DNA of 64,000 nucleotides from Eledone cirrhosa (lineage: Eukaryota): NCBI GenBank assembly GCA_964016885.1, contig OZ024740.1, positions 287,680,001-287,744,000 on the forward strand, given 5' to 3'. The notes under the pieces are model-generated. The model saw only the letters and a program-made list of their open reading frames with translations, was not told the origin of the DNA and did not search any database. Of this stretch, positions 25,231 through 38,717 are shown one piece after another. Positions within the stretch are counted from its first letter, which is position 1. Each line of letters opens with the position of its first letter. A program made the translations under genes and the position numbers.

Positions 25231-25974
25231 AGAATATAGCCATATACTTTTTCGATAGATCTCGTATTGTTGAATTTAGGCTTGAAATTTTGGCAACTAC
25301 TTTTTCGATAGATCTCGTATTGTTGAGTTTAGGCTTGAAATTTTGGCAACTTAGCAAACGGCTTTCAAAATTATAACTAATCAAACCAGTTAACATTTTT
25401 GGTAACTCACTACTGAATATATATATATGCATGCATGCATGTGTGTGAACAAAGGCTAGAGGCGAAAATGCATGAAGTGTATATATATACAAGTCGAGCC
25501 TAGCATTCCAAATACTGCGAAAACAACTCCAATCAACGGGGCACAAGACTCAAGAGACCTACCAAAAGCAACTGACTTCCAGATGGGATACTGTTTATAT
25601 TTCAACTTTGCTATGAAAAGTAAAACCTGTATTAATGTAAAATGAATATCCCTAACAAACAGTTCTTACTCAAAATCCCTTTTCCACATTCTCTTAAACC
25701 TTAAAGCATATGCCATGTCGGCTGCAATTGTCCTTCAATCTCTTATCATACATTGAGAATATTTATTTCAACTGAATTAACTGGCCAGAACTCTATCAGC
25801 TATATACTGACTACCTTGCTAGCAAACATTGAAAAATATACCAATGAGAAAAACACAACCTAGTCTTCAATAGCTAACGAGATCCACTATGGGGTCACTT
25901 GAATAGCTACCTAGAAATGGAAGTCAAATTTTCCTCAAACCTTAACACGTAAGAGACATTAGCTATTATATTCA

Positions 25975-26400
25975 GCATCAGACAGGTTAATGCACCAGTT
26001 CGACCAGCACCGCCTTGCCTGTTTTCTCGCGGCCTCCAAACCCCACAGTAGTGTCTGGCTCCATGCCATACCCTCCTTCACCACCGGCACGCAGCTGGAC
26101 AGCGATAGCCTGCGCATTGGCAGCTGGACAACGATAGCCTGTGCAGTCTGCACTTCGGGCAAACTCTCCAAGTACCGGTCGCTCTCCGACATGTTTGCGG
26201 TCGTGCCCTTGGCAGTGGAGACTTCTGGTGTCTTTGGCCCTAGGGTTACCTCCCTACTTACCACCACAGGCTCTGAGCTGGCCAGCCGCAGGTATGAGCC
26301 TCGCGAGATGGAATGGCTCTTCCAGCGCACCTCCCTTACCATCCTCTGGGGAAACGCCTTCTCCATTCTGTCCGCCGCCCAGCACGTGCTCATAATACAG
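25975..26400 (+). mobile_element. CRE-like non-LTR retrotransposon fragment
   Basis: SSVWLHAIPS...GTQLD, VVPLAVETSGVFG, WLFQRTSL.I..GNA. Confidence 0.75.
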
Positions 26401-28190
26401 AGAGATGGAGGCGATGACAGTGGGAGTTCGGCTCTTCCGTGTTCGGACACATTGGTAAGCATTTGGAATATGGTTAAGCTATCCATTGTGTATTAATTGT
26501 ATTTGGTGTTTATTTTAATGAATAATTTGCTCCTAGATTAATGGTGTATATCCCTTCATCAATACCAAATAAAAAAACAGGGTGGCCATGTCTGGACTAC
26601 TTTCGATCATAGAGCTAAATAATAACAATCACTCCACATATTAGGAAGTCTTGTACACCCCCACCACTGTTCATGAACATGATTCGATTAAAATGCAAGG
26701 CATCAACTCTAAATATCTTTCATGGTTATCTCTACATAGATGACATTGCCAAACTGCGCCACAATGACGCATTGTTACTACAAACAACTGCCCTGATCAG
26801 TTTTTTGCTATTCAGGTCATGAAATTGATTCACAAAGGCTCTCCCGCCAACACAATTTTACCAGTAGCTTACAGATATGCTGTTTCTTATCTTGTAAGGC
26901 AACTACAATGGCTCCAACCTCTTGACAATTTACTAAAATAACTAGCTGCATGCTCTCTCCACTCGGGGCCCACCCGTCGCGTATCCTGTTAACGACTGGA
27001 TTCACGGTAGAAGTCAGGCGGCATTTAGAGTTCAGCAGGTCTGGTGATTGTATGACACAGGAATAGCCAGTAGGCTTCATAAAATTAGCCTCCATGTAAA
27101 GTAACTTCTGATTACAGGGACGCTAATTGAAACAATTTATTGTTTGTGCATGTTCTTTTTTGAAACGATTAGTTAACTAACACTATACTCGTCACCCTTC
27201 CTCCCACCACCTATCACACTAACTACCTCTCCACCTAAATAACTCCTGTCACGTTGCCTCACACACTAACCATCTTTCTCTTGGCTTTCCTCTCTCACAA
27301 GCCATAGTTCATTCTCTAGATGTTGAGTGAGGAGAGATAGAACGCGTGTTTGTGTAAAAGAAAAGGACAGGTGCAAATAATAGAGTGAGAGGAAAATTAT
27401 GAAAGAGAAAATGAAAAATAGTGAGAGGAAACTTCCATACCTTTTTTATTTAACAAATTTCAATTAAATTATATGATGTTTGCAATAAAAAGAAAGGGGA
27501 AAAATAAATAATGAAAGTGAAGGGAAGGGGAAGAGAGCGGCAAACTATTATAAAGATTAAGAAAAAGAGAATGAAGGTATGAAATAGAAAGGGCAATTGT
27601 GTGTGTGTGTGTGAGTGAGAGAGAGAGAGAGGTGAAACAGAAGAGAGAGAAAAGTGAAATAGAAGAGAGTGTGAAGGAATAAAATGGAAAAAGTAAAAGA
27701 TACAGAGAGATTGAAGGTATGAAATAGAAAGTGTAGGAAAGAAAGAGAAAGAGAATTGTTGATTTCCATGAGACGATATTGCCTGTATCAAGTTTACGTA
27801 GATACGCAGTACACTCTTCAACCATGACGACTACAGAATAAATTAAGATGCGTGTGTGTGTTTGTGTAATATTTAGATGTATTTACGTGCGTACGTTTAA
27901 TTAATATATTTATTATATATACGAATAAATATATACTTAGAGAAAACCACCCGGAGGTGGGCATAATTTAGATAACTAGATTTGATCATTAGAAGTGAAA
28001 CCTCTCCAACAATGTCTTGAAGATAGCATGTTAGCGCTAGTACATACACACACATATATATACGCGCACACACACACATATATATATACACACACACATA
28101 TATATACGCACACATATATATATATATACACACGAGTAGACAGAGACCAAGATAAAATTGTCAAAGTATTAGTACTACTCATTATCATCG

Positions 28191-28280
28191 TGACTTTGCC
28201 TTTCATCCTTACGGGGTCGATAAAATAAAGTACCAGTAATGCACTGAGTAATTGCTGGCCTTGTGCCTAAAGTAGAAACA
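28191..28280 (+). mobile_element. 5'-truncated Nin-type SINE
   Basis: Identity to the family; 10-bp TSD ATTATCATCG at 28181 and 28281. Confidence 0.85.
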
Positions 28281-29022
28281 ATTATCATCGATGGGAAAAA
28301 ATAAAGAAGTCCCCTTGACGGTGGAGGGAACTGGAGAAAAAAAAAAAGAAAATCAATAATCTGGTTATATCAAGATCGTAGAATACTAAACTTTTTTTCG
28401 GATAAGCCGATTGTCAGTTCAAACTTTGCAGGGGATAATTATGTTCTCGTGTAATTTTCGCTTGGTTTTACAAATTACAAACGCTATTTTCCTAAACAGT
28501 TGAATCGTGAATGAAATGTTCAAGCTGTTGTGTGACATTTAGAAATAACTACGCTATTGTTTAGCCCCAACTGAGCTCTGAGCAAGCAGATCTATGATCA
28601 GAGGCGTTCCAGCCGGGGCCACACCATTTTTAAAAAACAAATTATGAAGCTAAAACAACACTATACGATATTAAAAAGAAATATGGTAGTGTGTGGGAGA
28701 TTTGGCTGCTATTTCTATATCGAATGTAGAATTATTAAGTAAATTGTGAAGAGAATGGATCTAAGTTGTTCAAAAAGGGCAGAAAAAAATACTCTGAAGT
28801 TCGTTTCGTTGACAATGATCGATGTGAGGGAATTCCAAAACATCATTGTTGTGACAATCCCAGGTGTTAAAAAACATACTAGTTATATGTTATGGTCCAT
28901 TCAGTCTATTATATTTCCCCCCCTAAAGAAAATGGCCAGGCAAATTAATATATTCTAAGTGTAGGTTTAATCAAACAATGAGTCGACGAAAATCTGTTTT
29001 GAGTATTATACATATATACATG

Positions 29023-29054
<32 letters not shown>

Positions 29055-29339
29055 GCAAATATATCCACACAGATTTTATATATATATATATAGAGAGAGA
29101 GAGATGTATATACATATTTAAAAAGGTTTAGATATATACATTTGATATAATTAAATCCCACTATCATATATGTGTTTGTGAATATATATATTATATAAAT
29201 TCTCCATGTACGTTTATAAATTTATATATATATAAAAGTAGGAGAAATTGTATAAATTATACAGTTAAGTGTCGGCGTAATTTTAGATATAAAGAATGAC
29301 GCCAAAATATGAATGGAGAAGTCTCGTTTGTGAGACTGA

Positions 29340-29700
29340 GGGAGAAACCTCGTTGTGGTATCACTGCGCACATATCCGGCAGAGTGCACCTCGCTACTGA
29401 GTCAGATGACTCGTCTATAAAAATATAGGTCGAAAATATATACTAAATTCTGCATCGAATTGAAAAACTTTCCTGGGGAAAATTTATACGATCTGAAATG
29501 TTGGCATGTTTAGTGAATTATATGTAGGTTTAACGAACCATACAAAAAAAATTGATGTAAAAGCTTACTAACTTCCCCCATCCCCAGTCACTATTCCTAG
29601 CGAGCGTCGTCTTGTACAAGTTGAGCTGACGGACTAATTCCAATGCCTGGCCGCCATACTGCTGTGTAGAGGAAGATATTTCACTATCTTAAGTTGTTTG
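29340..29700 (+). promoter_or_regulatory. Candidate WNK promoter or TSS region
   Basis: Locally CpG-rich unique sequence about 1 kb upstream of the ATG; TGAGTCA 29398-29404, TATAAAAA 29416-29423, GCCGCCAT near 29650. Confidence 0.3.
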
Positions 29701-30666
29701 TTTCTCTCTTCATTATGGTTGTTCATTTTTGTGCATTTCGATTTTATATAAATCGTGGATACATACTTTGATGGAAGCACTATGCATGTATCTGTTTGCT
29801 TTGTAGTAGTACAGAAATCTTATTCTGGCGTTTTGGAGACGACTGCTACAACTCTTGCTGGACGTCATATTACTGTTTGGACGGATCTGTAAAATATCTT
29901 TGTTTTTGTTTGTAATTACTTATGTTCTTTACTTTTTAAGAAAAACTAAACTCATACTGATTTGGAAGTATTTAAAAAACAATTCTGTTTTTTATAATCT
30001 CTTTTAATTTAAAGAAAAAAAAAAGGTGAAAAAGACTGGGAGAAAAAAAAAAAAATCATTTCCACTCAGTGAAAAAAGTGCTATGCATAACGGATTTTTG
30101 TCGGATCCATTTCTGAGCGAGAAGGATGTGGCTTTATTTTGAATATTCCTATAATGTTTGCTGCTGCTGTCATTATTTCAATCACAGCAATAATTCCACT
30201 GGAAAAAAAGGAAAGGCTGGGAGCATTGCAATTTTTTTGAAGGACTCTTCTCGCACGAACTGTGGCTAACCTTAGCTTTATTGTTCTTAGTTTTTTTTTG
30301 TGATTGTTGTTGTGGTAGTAAGAAGTGTTGAGTAAATTTTTGCTGATTTTTCTAGCATGAAAAACCTTCGTAATGAACATCTTTTGCACACTGGTGAAAA
30401 ACATGTGTATTGAAGAAAGATGTTTGATTACTATTGTGTATCTATTCTCAATAGTGTTAGTAACTGGCCACTACTAATGGAAATACTTGTTTTCAATGAG
30501 GTTCATTAAGGTTATAGTTATTTCTTAAGGATTTTCTTTTTATTCTCTTTTTCTCTTCTTTACTCACCCTAATTATACGGCTATATCTACATTAGCAGTA
30601 TAGTTATTCATATATATACATATATATACACATACGCATATTAGTCTTCCCTGTTTAGTTGTAAAC

Positions 30667-31638
30667 ATGCATAAAAGTAAAGCCGCTGTCAACGGCGAAA
30701 TTCGAGAGTCAATCAGCCCCACCGATAGGACTGTAAAACAATCAACACATCCAAGGACACCATCTAAATTTAGTCGAAGGACAACTGAGATGGGTACGAA
30801 ATTCTCCCACCGGAAGTTATCCGATAGAGTTAGTAGACACCAAGTTGATCAAAACATCCATAACAGCACTGGTAGTAGTACGTCGACGCGTTTCAAAGTT
30901 GGCTTCAGGGATAAAAAACAAGATAGTGCTAAGAGTGAAAGTAGGCCTGTATCTAAAAAGTCTCCATTTTGGAAACGTTTATCTCATCCTTTAGAACGTG
31001 AAGTTAGAGATTTAAGTGGCAACAGAGATAGATCTATGAGTCTGCCAGACTGTACGTTAGACTCTGAACCTCCAGTGAACGGTAAAGAAAAGTCTGTTGA
31101 TAAATCTAAAATTAGAACTAGTAGCTTGATAGATTTTAGAAATTCTAAGAGTAACGCTGATGAAAACAAAAGCGGAAAGGCCGAACACAAAAAAGTTGAT
31201 ATGGTTAGTGTTGAACAATTGAGTATACGTAAACCCGGCCTCAGTAAACCCAGGAAATGTTCTTTTGAGGATGAAGATAAAAAGCCAGTCGTCCAAAACT
31301 CTGAGAGTAGTAAATACGCTCCCTACTTACCTGATATGCCTCTAGATAGTGGATTCGTGTCGGAGAAAAGTAAGAGTAAAGAACAGACATTAAGTGACGT
31401 GGGTATTGATGACGAGAGGAAAGAACTGGATAGTGAAAAAATTGCATCTGAACTTCGAAAAGAAGACGAATCTGAAAATCTCAAGAAAGAGAAAGAAATC
31501 GAAGACCGAGCCGTCTCGACATCCATATGTGGGAGATTCCTTAAATTTGATGTTGAAATAGGGCGTGGATCTTTTAAAACTGTTTACAAGGGACTTGATA
31601 CAGAAACTGGTGTTTCTGTGGCTTGGTGTGAGCTTCAG
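30667..31638 (+). CDS. WNK1: Serine/threonine-protein kinase WNK, first coding exon (324 codons)
   Basis: [36 protein letters not shown] with the WNK signature (Lys in subdomain I, Cys in subdomain II); donor CAG|GTAAGC after ELQ, as in vertebrate WNK exon 1; paralog number is nominal. Confidence 0.95.
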
Positions 31639-32899
31639 GTAAGCATATGATTTATAATTAAAACATCTCTGTGTGTGTGTGTGTGATGTAGTTCGAACTG
31701 CAGACGATTCGATATTATTTTAAACTACTGTTTTGAAAGTAATTACTAAAATTATATACGAATTAACGAAGTTGATGGTATACTAAATATTTCAATAATA
31801 TGGACTTTGTTCAACATTTAATGAGTGAAATATATGTGTGGGAGGAGTATATGTTTGTGTGCGTGTATATTCACACACATAATACATATGGAGTGTCTGT
31901 GGTACGAAAGGGATCTTACCTTTTCAATATATATATATATATAGAGAGAGAGAGGGAGAAGGCGGTTATAATGTACATTACATCTGTTATAATAATGCAA
32001 AGTGCTCTGTGCATGATGCTGCACCATAATAATGTAATCTGATATATATGCACGTAAAATACATTTGGAAATACAAATATTGGTGATAAAATAGTTATTT
32101 ATTTTAACACATGCACACATATATACAACATTATATAGAAGGTTGGTGCTATTGTCCATGGTCCCCGACCCTCAGGAATGAGGATGTGAAGAGACCATAT
32201 ATATTATGTACATAGATATGTATGTATGTATCAGTGCGTGTTTACATGGGAAAACGGACGTAAAATGATAAAATCAAAGCAAGCATGGAACGTACAATCT
32301 TAACACGAACTCCCTGATCAAACAAGGAGCAGTAACTCCAAATGTAAACCCACTCAGACTCAATCAACTTATCCAAACCATGTCAACATGGAAAATGGGA
32401 CATAAAATGTGTATGTAAATATATATATTACATATATCATACATTTTTAATGCAGGATGGGTCGTTCTTGACGGTCAGTTCTTATACAGAGTTGCTACCC
32501 TTCCAGATGGTTTTGGGGACCATGTGTCTCAATACACTCCGTTTATAGTTGGATGTCCTTCAAAACAGCAACCACTTTAGAAAGTGTACTGGGTGCAGCA
32601 ACACTAGAGACAATGCCTTATTTCAAAGAGTGGAAAAAGAAGAGGTGTGGTTATTAAGAGTAACCAAGATGTCTGTTAGAAAAGTCAGGTTACTGGGATA
32701 GTATGGAGGAGAGAGTGAGTAAAGGTTACATGTTATTTGTTGGTATGAGGTTAAATGAATAACAGAAGAGTGAAGAGGGGGAAAGTAAGTGATAGATAGC
32801 AGCAATGGGTGAGTGGTGATTGTCTGCCAAGGGCCATATGGAGGAGAGAGCATGATGGCTAGCAGTTGAAAGTGAAAGGGCAGTGTGGATAAAGAGCTA

Positions 32900-33790
32900 T
32901 AGTTAATGTTACAGAACAGATACCCTCCCTTGTGGCAATGCCAATGAGGTGGGAGAGGTATAGGAATAATGAGGCTGAAAATAATGAGTGATGGTAGAGA
33001 GATTAATTATAGAGAGGTCAAATACCACACCTTGATACAAGGTGGAATTGCACAGAGTAGATAAAGAGGACTTAATAAGATCCATACTGGATGTCTTGCT
33101 TGCACTGGTGGGTGAGTCTTTTTCAACACGCTGTACTGCCAGTCATAAATCTTTGTCATCTCCATCATGAGGTTTATCTTCTTCACCACGTCTTCCTAGA
33201 TCTTCTACAGGTTCCATCCATTTTAACAGCTCAGCTCATCTATGCTTTGTTCTTGCACCCTAACATTACACAGTCAGTAGAACATGCTTGCCACATTTGT
33301 CTCCTGCCACAGATCAAGGCCCATGTCTCACTATCATCAGCATCACAGGTCATATGCAAGCATCATACAGTATAGTCAGCCCTTCACTCTGAGAGAGAAA
33401 AATCTTTCCTTGCTACCAGAGGTAACAGCTCACAGAACTTTTTCCATTCTGTTCTTATTCTGGTTACTATGCTTTTGTACCCAACTTCACTACTGATTAG
33501 ATCAAGGTTACGTATGCTATCAACAGTTTTGTGTACCTTCTGAGCATTTGAGGAAATTTATTTCTCGTCTTTTCTTACTACTGCTCTGTATCTACCACAT
33601 ATGAAGTGTACTTTTTCTGCCTGAACCTGTGATCCCACTACACCTTCTATGTCCATAGGTTACACTGGGTATATCATATGGAATTTCTACCTACTCCTTT
33701 ACTGTATTTGAATCATGTTTGTAAATGTTGACTTTTCTACCTAGTTATCCACTAATGAGAAGACCAAAAACCTCTAAAATGTACATATGT
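32900..33790 (-). mobile_element. Old decayed RTE LINE fragment
   Basis: Similarity to the RTE copies at 37000-37945 and 61600-62500. Confidence 0.55.
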
Positions 33791-33899
33791 TTTTCTGTGT
33801 ATAGAGGAAAGTGTGTTTATATTGCAATCTTTTTTAATTCATAAACAGTAGTTTACATTAAATTTACCTTTAAAAAATCTTCATATGTATATATATCAG

Positions 33900-34075
33900 G
33901 TTGCATATAAGTGGTTTCTCAAGTGTTTGACTGTTAAGAGCTCATGTGCTCTCATGAAAAGTAGTGTGAAAATGAAGCAGTTTGCTAAAGAACAAGGTCC
34001 ACCACCTGGACCAGTGATGGAACCTACAACCTTATGGTTGTGAGTCCAAGACTCTAACCACAAGGCCACATACCT
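33900..34075 (-). mobile_element. tRNA-derived SINE
   Basis: Minus strand GTGGCCTTGTGGTTAGAGTC...GGTTGTAGGTTCCAT; related copy at 36480-36630. Confidence 0.55.
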
Positions 34076-34084
34076 AGAATGCTG

Positions 34085-34500
34085 CAAGCCAGTCACTGTT
34101 AGAACAAAAGATGACCCAAAATGGAAGGGGATTTGGGAGGTCTCAGTTGACTTGGATGGCAAATACTACTTCTCCCTCTTTACCAATAAAAGACCCGGGA
34201 GAAGCAGGTGGTAAAGATGACTCATGAGAGGGGAACATCATTGATGCATTTGACAAGAAAACCAAAAGGTAAAGTGAGCTGGTTGAATTCTATGAAACCA
34301 ACAGATGCAAGGCATTATGTCTCCTTGTAGAGATAGATGTCAGAGGATTTGTTGGAACCAGGATTGACTTGCTGCTTAGGGATCTTGTACTAGTGACAAA
34401 AGAAAGGAAACATCTTTTGAGGACATTGGAAGTAGCTGAGGAAGCGAGTCATTTTATCTGGCTCAAGGGAGAAAACATTGAGGTTGAGACATCTCACTCA
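34085..34500 (+). mobile_element. HERO/R2-group LINE REL endonuclease remnant
   Basis: LVEIDVRGFVG...AEEASHFIWLK motif. Confidence 0.5.
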
Positions 34501-36259
34501 ATGTCACAGCTAAAGACCTATTGAATTTTATGATGTTTTTATATGTTGAGGTTGATGGAGAAATCTGGCCCAGAATCCTTCATAAAATGTGCAGGAATTT
34601 CATAACTTACATGGTGGGTGACCCCAAATAGCTTTGGTGATGGGGTGAAAGGAGCCTAAATACCTACATAGTTACTTTACCATCTAATGAAACATCAGCA
34701 GAGTTGACCAGGTGCTTTTTATTAAGGCACCAGCACTACCATTTTTCAACACTATGGCAGTTGCGTCCTCAGCTAACCATGAAGGGCAGTGATAAGGAGT
34801 TGGGTGATAGAACAAGGTAGGATAGGTTATATATTGTTTGCTGAATGCGAGGTTGCCTTCAGGGTCATGAGTGACATCTGGCAGTGTATTGAGATGCTCC
34901 TAGTCGACTTCCCCTCCCCCAAAATTGCTGGCCTTGTGCCTATATAAGAAACCATTATTTATACCATGTAAATGCGATGGTCAAGCTTACCTTACTCTTT
35001 TAAAATGGTTTAAGCTTGACCATAAATATCTATTTTCTACTTTCATTAAAGTATCAAGGTACTAAGTTGAAAAATGGTCTCTTATTTTAATACTATACAC
35101 ACGTTTGTCATCGTTTAACATCCACTTATATTTTTGGTGTGTTTTATCATGGCACCAGCACTAGGGAGGTTATGTTTTTGACACAGCTGATGAGTCCACT
35201 TGACCCTTTGTTTGGCAGGTTTTCTACAGCTGAATGCCCTTTCTATCACCAACCACTTTACAGAGTGTACTGAATACATTTAGCATCTAAGTCACCAACA
35301 TTAGGGAGCTTGTCATGTCGATAATACTATATTTTAATGAAATTATAATATATATCCCCATTATTGTTGTTGAGAAAGTATTGTAGCTGGATGCCAAGTC
35401 TTATTATGTGTTGTACTTATTCTGATCTTAAGCCATTGAACCACTCAGCTGTAGAGCATAAATAAGTGGCACTGTTTTTTTTTAAGTGGTATCAGACCAT
35501 GGGCACATATATGGCAGGCTCCCATATAGTTTCCACCTACCAAATTTAATTAAAAAAACATTGGTCAACATGAGGCTGTAGAAGACCCTTGCCTATGATG
35601 CAATGCAAGCATGACTAATTGATTTAAAAATTTGCTTTTGCAATCATGAGGTCCTGGGTTCAGTTCCATTACATGCCATCTTCGGACTATTCTAAAAACT
35701 GGGATACACAGGACTATTATTACAACATTCAAAAAGCTTCCTCTGAGATGCAACCTTAAGGAGGCCAGTTAAACCATTTTAGTTGCTCCATACAATATGC
35801 AGGGATACAGTGTACCTATTCTAAACACATTTATATGTATATATTCTTTTTTTTCTTTTGTTGTTCTCGGTCATTACACTGACTATGCTGGGGATTTAAT
35901 TGATCATATCAGCTCCAGTACTTATTTTTATCCATCTCTTTCTGTTGAACTGCTAAGTTACAGGATATAAACACACACAAACATATATTCATATGAATAG
36001 TATCAAAATGGTTAATTAGTGTTTTTACCGATTGTACCCAGTAGAAGCATGGATTCACCCTATCCCTTCATATTTGACATAACGTAGGTGGTGACCTTTG
36101 TTTATGCCCAACAAAACAGAAGCTCTGCTTAGTGGTTAGTTATCCCAAAAGATTTAGTGAAAGTTGGTATTAGTGGGGGGCATCAAACCTTAACACAAAG
36201 CCTGTAAAAGTTTTGTTCAACTGATACCAGCATAGAAAAACATGTAAAGACAATGATAA

Positions 36260-36294
<35 letters not shown>

Positions 36295-36769
36295 CATTTC
36301 ATTTTACGTCCGCTTTTTCCCTGCTTGCAAGGGTGGGACGGGAACTGATTCTGGCTTGATTTCTACAGCTGGATGCCCTTCCTAACACCAACCTCATTTA
36401 CAGTGAGTACTGGGTGCTTTTTTTCCGTGGCACCTCCACGACCACTTTGCAGTGGAATGATAGGGACTGGGGTCCCTATCATCTCATTTCTATAGCTGAG
36501 TAAACTGGAGCAATGTGAAATAAAGTGTCTTGCTCAAGGAAACAACACAACACATCACCCGGTCTGAGAATTGAACTCACAACCTTTCGATTGCAAGGCC
36601 AATGCTCTAACCACTAAGCCATGTGCCTCCATATATATATATATATATAAATTAGTGTAGGTAGTACAGTGAATTACTGGTGTTGGTACGAAATCAGGCA
36701 CTATGCACAGGCAAAGTGTAAATATCTTTTAGATGTAAATGAAACTTCCTCGTTTTTTTTTCTATTCAT

Positions 36770-37945
36770 CATCATCATCACCGTTTTATGCCCATTCTTC
36801 CACGCTAGCATGGGTTAGATGGGTTGTCTTGTGGGCAGTGCCTGGTCGGCTGACCTTGTCTTGCTTATATGGGAACTGATTTTGACTCGATTTCTACAGT
36901 TGGATGCCCTTCCTAACACCAACCTTATTTACAGTGAGTGCTGGGTGCTTTTTTACGTGGCACCTCCACGACCACTTTGCAGTGGAAAGAGGTGGGGTCA
37001 TATTGTCAATATGCTTCAGCTTCGGCTTGTACCCGTGGGAAGTCGGGTCTTCTGTATTACTGCGTGACGCCAGAGGTCATGGTCTTGCGTCATCGCCTTT
37101 GAGAGGTGCAATTGGGTAAGGTGGGCTTTTATCACCTCATCGCAGGTCTTCTAGGGTCTCCCCACTCCACAACTTCCATCGACTTCTAGTGCTCTGTACC
37201 TTTTTATGCAGCTGTCATCCTTCATACGCATCACATGTCCATACCAACGCAACCTCCTCTCCTGCACACAGCATTTGATTCCTCTTATGCTCAGTCTCTC
37301 TCACAATTCGTTTATGCTTTGCCGTTCATGTATATTACTATTACACATCCATCGGAGCATGCAAGCTTCGTGTCTTTCTAATCTACGAAAGTCTTCTACA
37401 CACAATGCCCAGGTCTCACTATCATGTATAATTGCTGTTTGTATGCACGCATCATACAGTCTGCCTTTCATTTTGAGGGAGAAGCCTTTTGGAGCTAGCA
37501 GTAGCTCCCTGAACTTCTTCCATCCCATTCTAACCCTAGCTACTGTACTTTCCGAACACCCACCTCCACTGCTAATTTGGTCTCCTAGGTAGCAAAAGCT
37601 GTCTACTGTTTCTACAGAGCCCTCCCAGAGTTTGGAGGTTCTTGTTTCCTGCAGCCATTTGCTGCTTGCTGTCCCGGTGCAGCTGCTGCATATAAAGCCT
37701 ATATTCTTAGCTAAGCTTCCTGAGATCCCACTACATCTCTTGTGTACCCATTGTTTGCATTTGGGGCAGAGGATGGAGTTTCTACCTACACCTTTCCTAC
37801 ATACTGAGCAAGGCCATTTCTCTGAGGGGATCTGGGCTCTGTTTTCTCGTCTACTTACGAGGACCTTAGTCTTTGTCAGGTTGACTTTGAGACCCTCTCT
37901 TTCTAGTCCCTGCTTCCATGTTTGGAATTTTTTCTCTAGTTCCAC
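36770..37945 (-). mobile_element. RTE LINE 3' fragment with 3'UTR
   Basis: GLKVNLTKTK, CSVC..C..C..H..C finger, [16 protein letters not shown]; (GAT)n tail. Confidence 0.9.
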
Positions 37946-38179
37946 CTACTATATATATAGATAAATAGATAGATACTAGCAGTACTACTGGACATCGCTT
38001 AATGAAAATGATGACTTGGCTCAGTGGACAATATTTTGGAAAATGATAATTGCAATTCTGCATAAATATATTATTTGAAACCTGTTTATATTCAGTGTTT
38101 ATGGACTGTAACCAAATCAGCGAAAGGTCTGAATCATTTGTTTTGATGATTGCATATGTATGGAACTAAAACATTAATG

Positions 38180-38710
38180 TACCTCGCTAACATGAAAGGG
38201 ATGCAATTGGAAGAGCCCTTGTATTTATTCCAAATGTTAGGCTTTACTCTTGCTAAGGATCTCAACATGAATGTACATCCTAAACATAGCTAGAATTGCA
38301 TCAAACAGACTGACCCTTCCCTTCAGAGCCAGAAAATACTTCAACCCCCCCCCCCCCCCCCCAACAGTATGACTCTCTTATGTTCAGGTGAAACCCACAC
38401 TGGATTAATGCTCCAACATCTGGAATGTTGCTGCTGCCACACATATCATAGACCATATTCAGAAAAAGGCCACTCTGATTAGCTTAAAGTCATTAATAGA
38501 CCTGCTGCAGCCTCTGACCCACATTCTACAGCTACTACAATGGCATCTACTCTTTGGAGATGGCTGACCTTATACCATCTTCACTCCCGTACTCACGCCT
38601 TGCTTGTCTATCCTCCTCTCATCACCCATATTGTGTCCAACACTAACCATTTCGCCCAGTCTTTCCTCCTCAGAATATTATCCCTCTGGAATTATTTTCC
38701 TGCACATCTC
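38180..38710 (+). mobile_element. CR1/Jockey-like LINE 3' fragment
   Basis: NHFAQSFLLRILSLWN; related to 1720-2240. Confidence 0.55.
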
Positions 38711-38717
38711 TCTCTGT

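Noticed and set aside
25245-25351. ~53-bp tandem duplication
   Set aside because: Simple local duplication next to a mariner remnant with no further structure.
30081-30404. 107-aa antisense ORF upstream of WNK
   Set aside because: Low-complexity, no recognisable motif; likely a chance ORF in the WNK 5' leader.
31639-31650. ORF-track C-terminus VSI* of the 327-aa ORF
   Set aside because: Read-through into the intron past the GTAAGC donor; not a truncated kinase.
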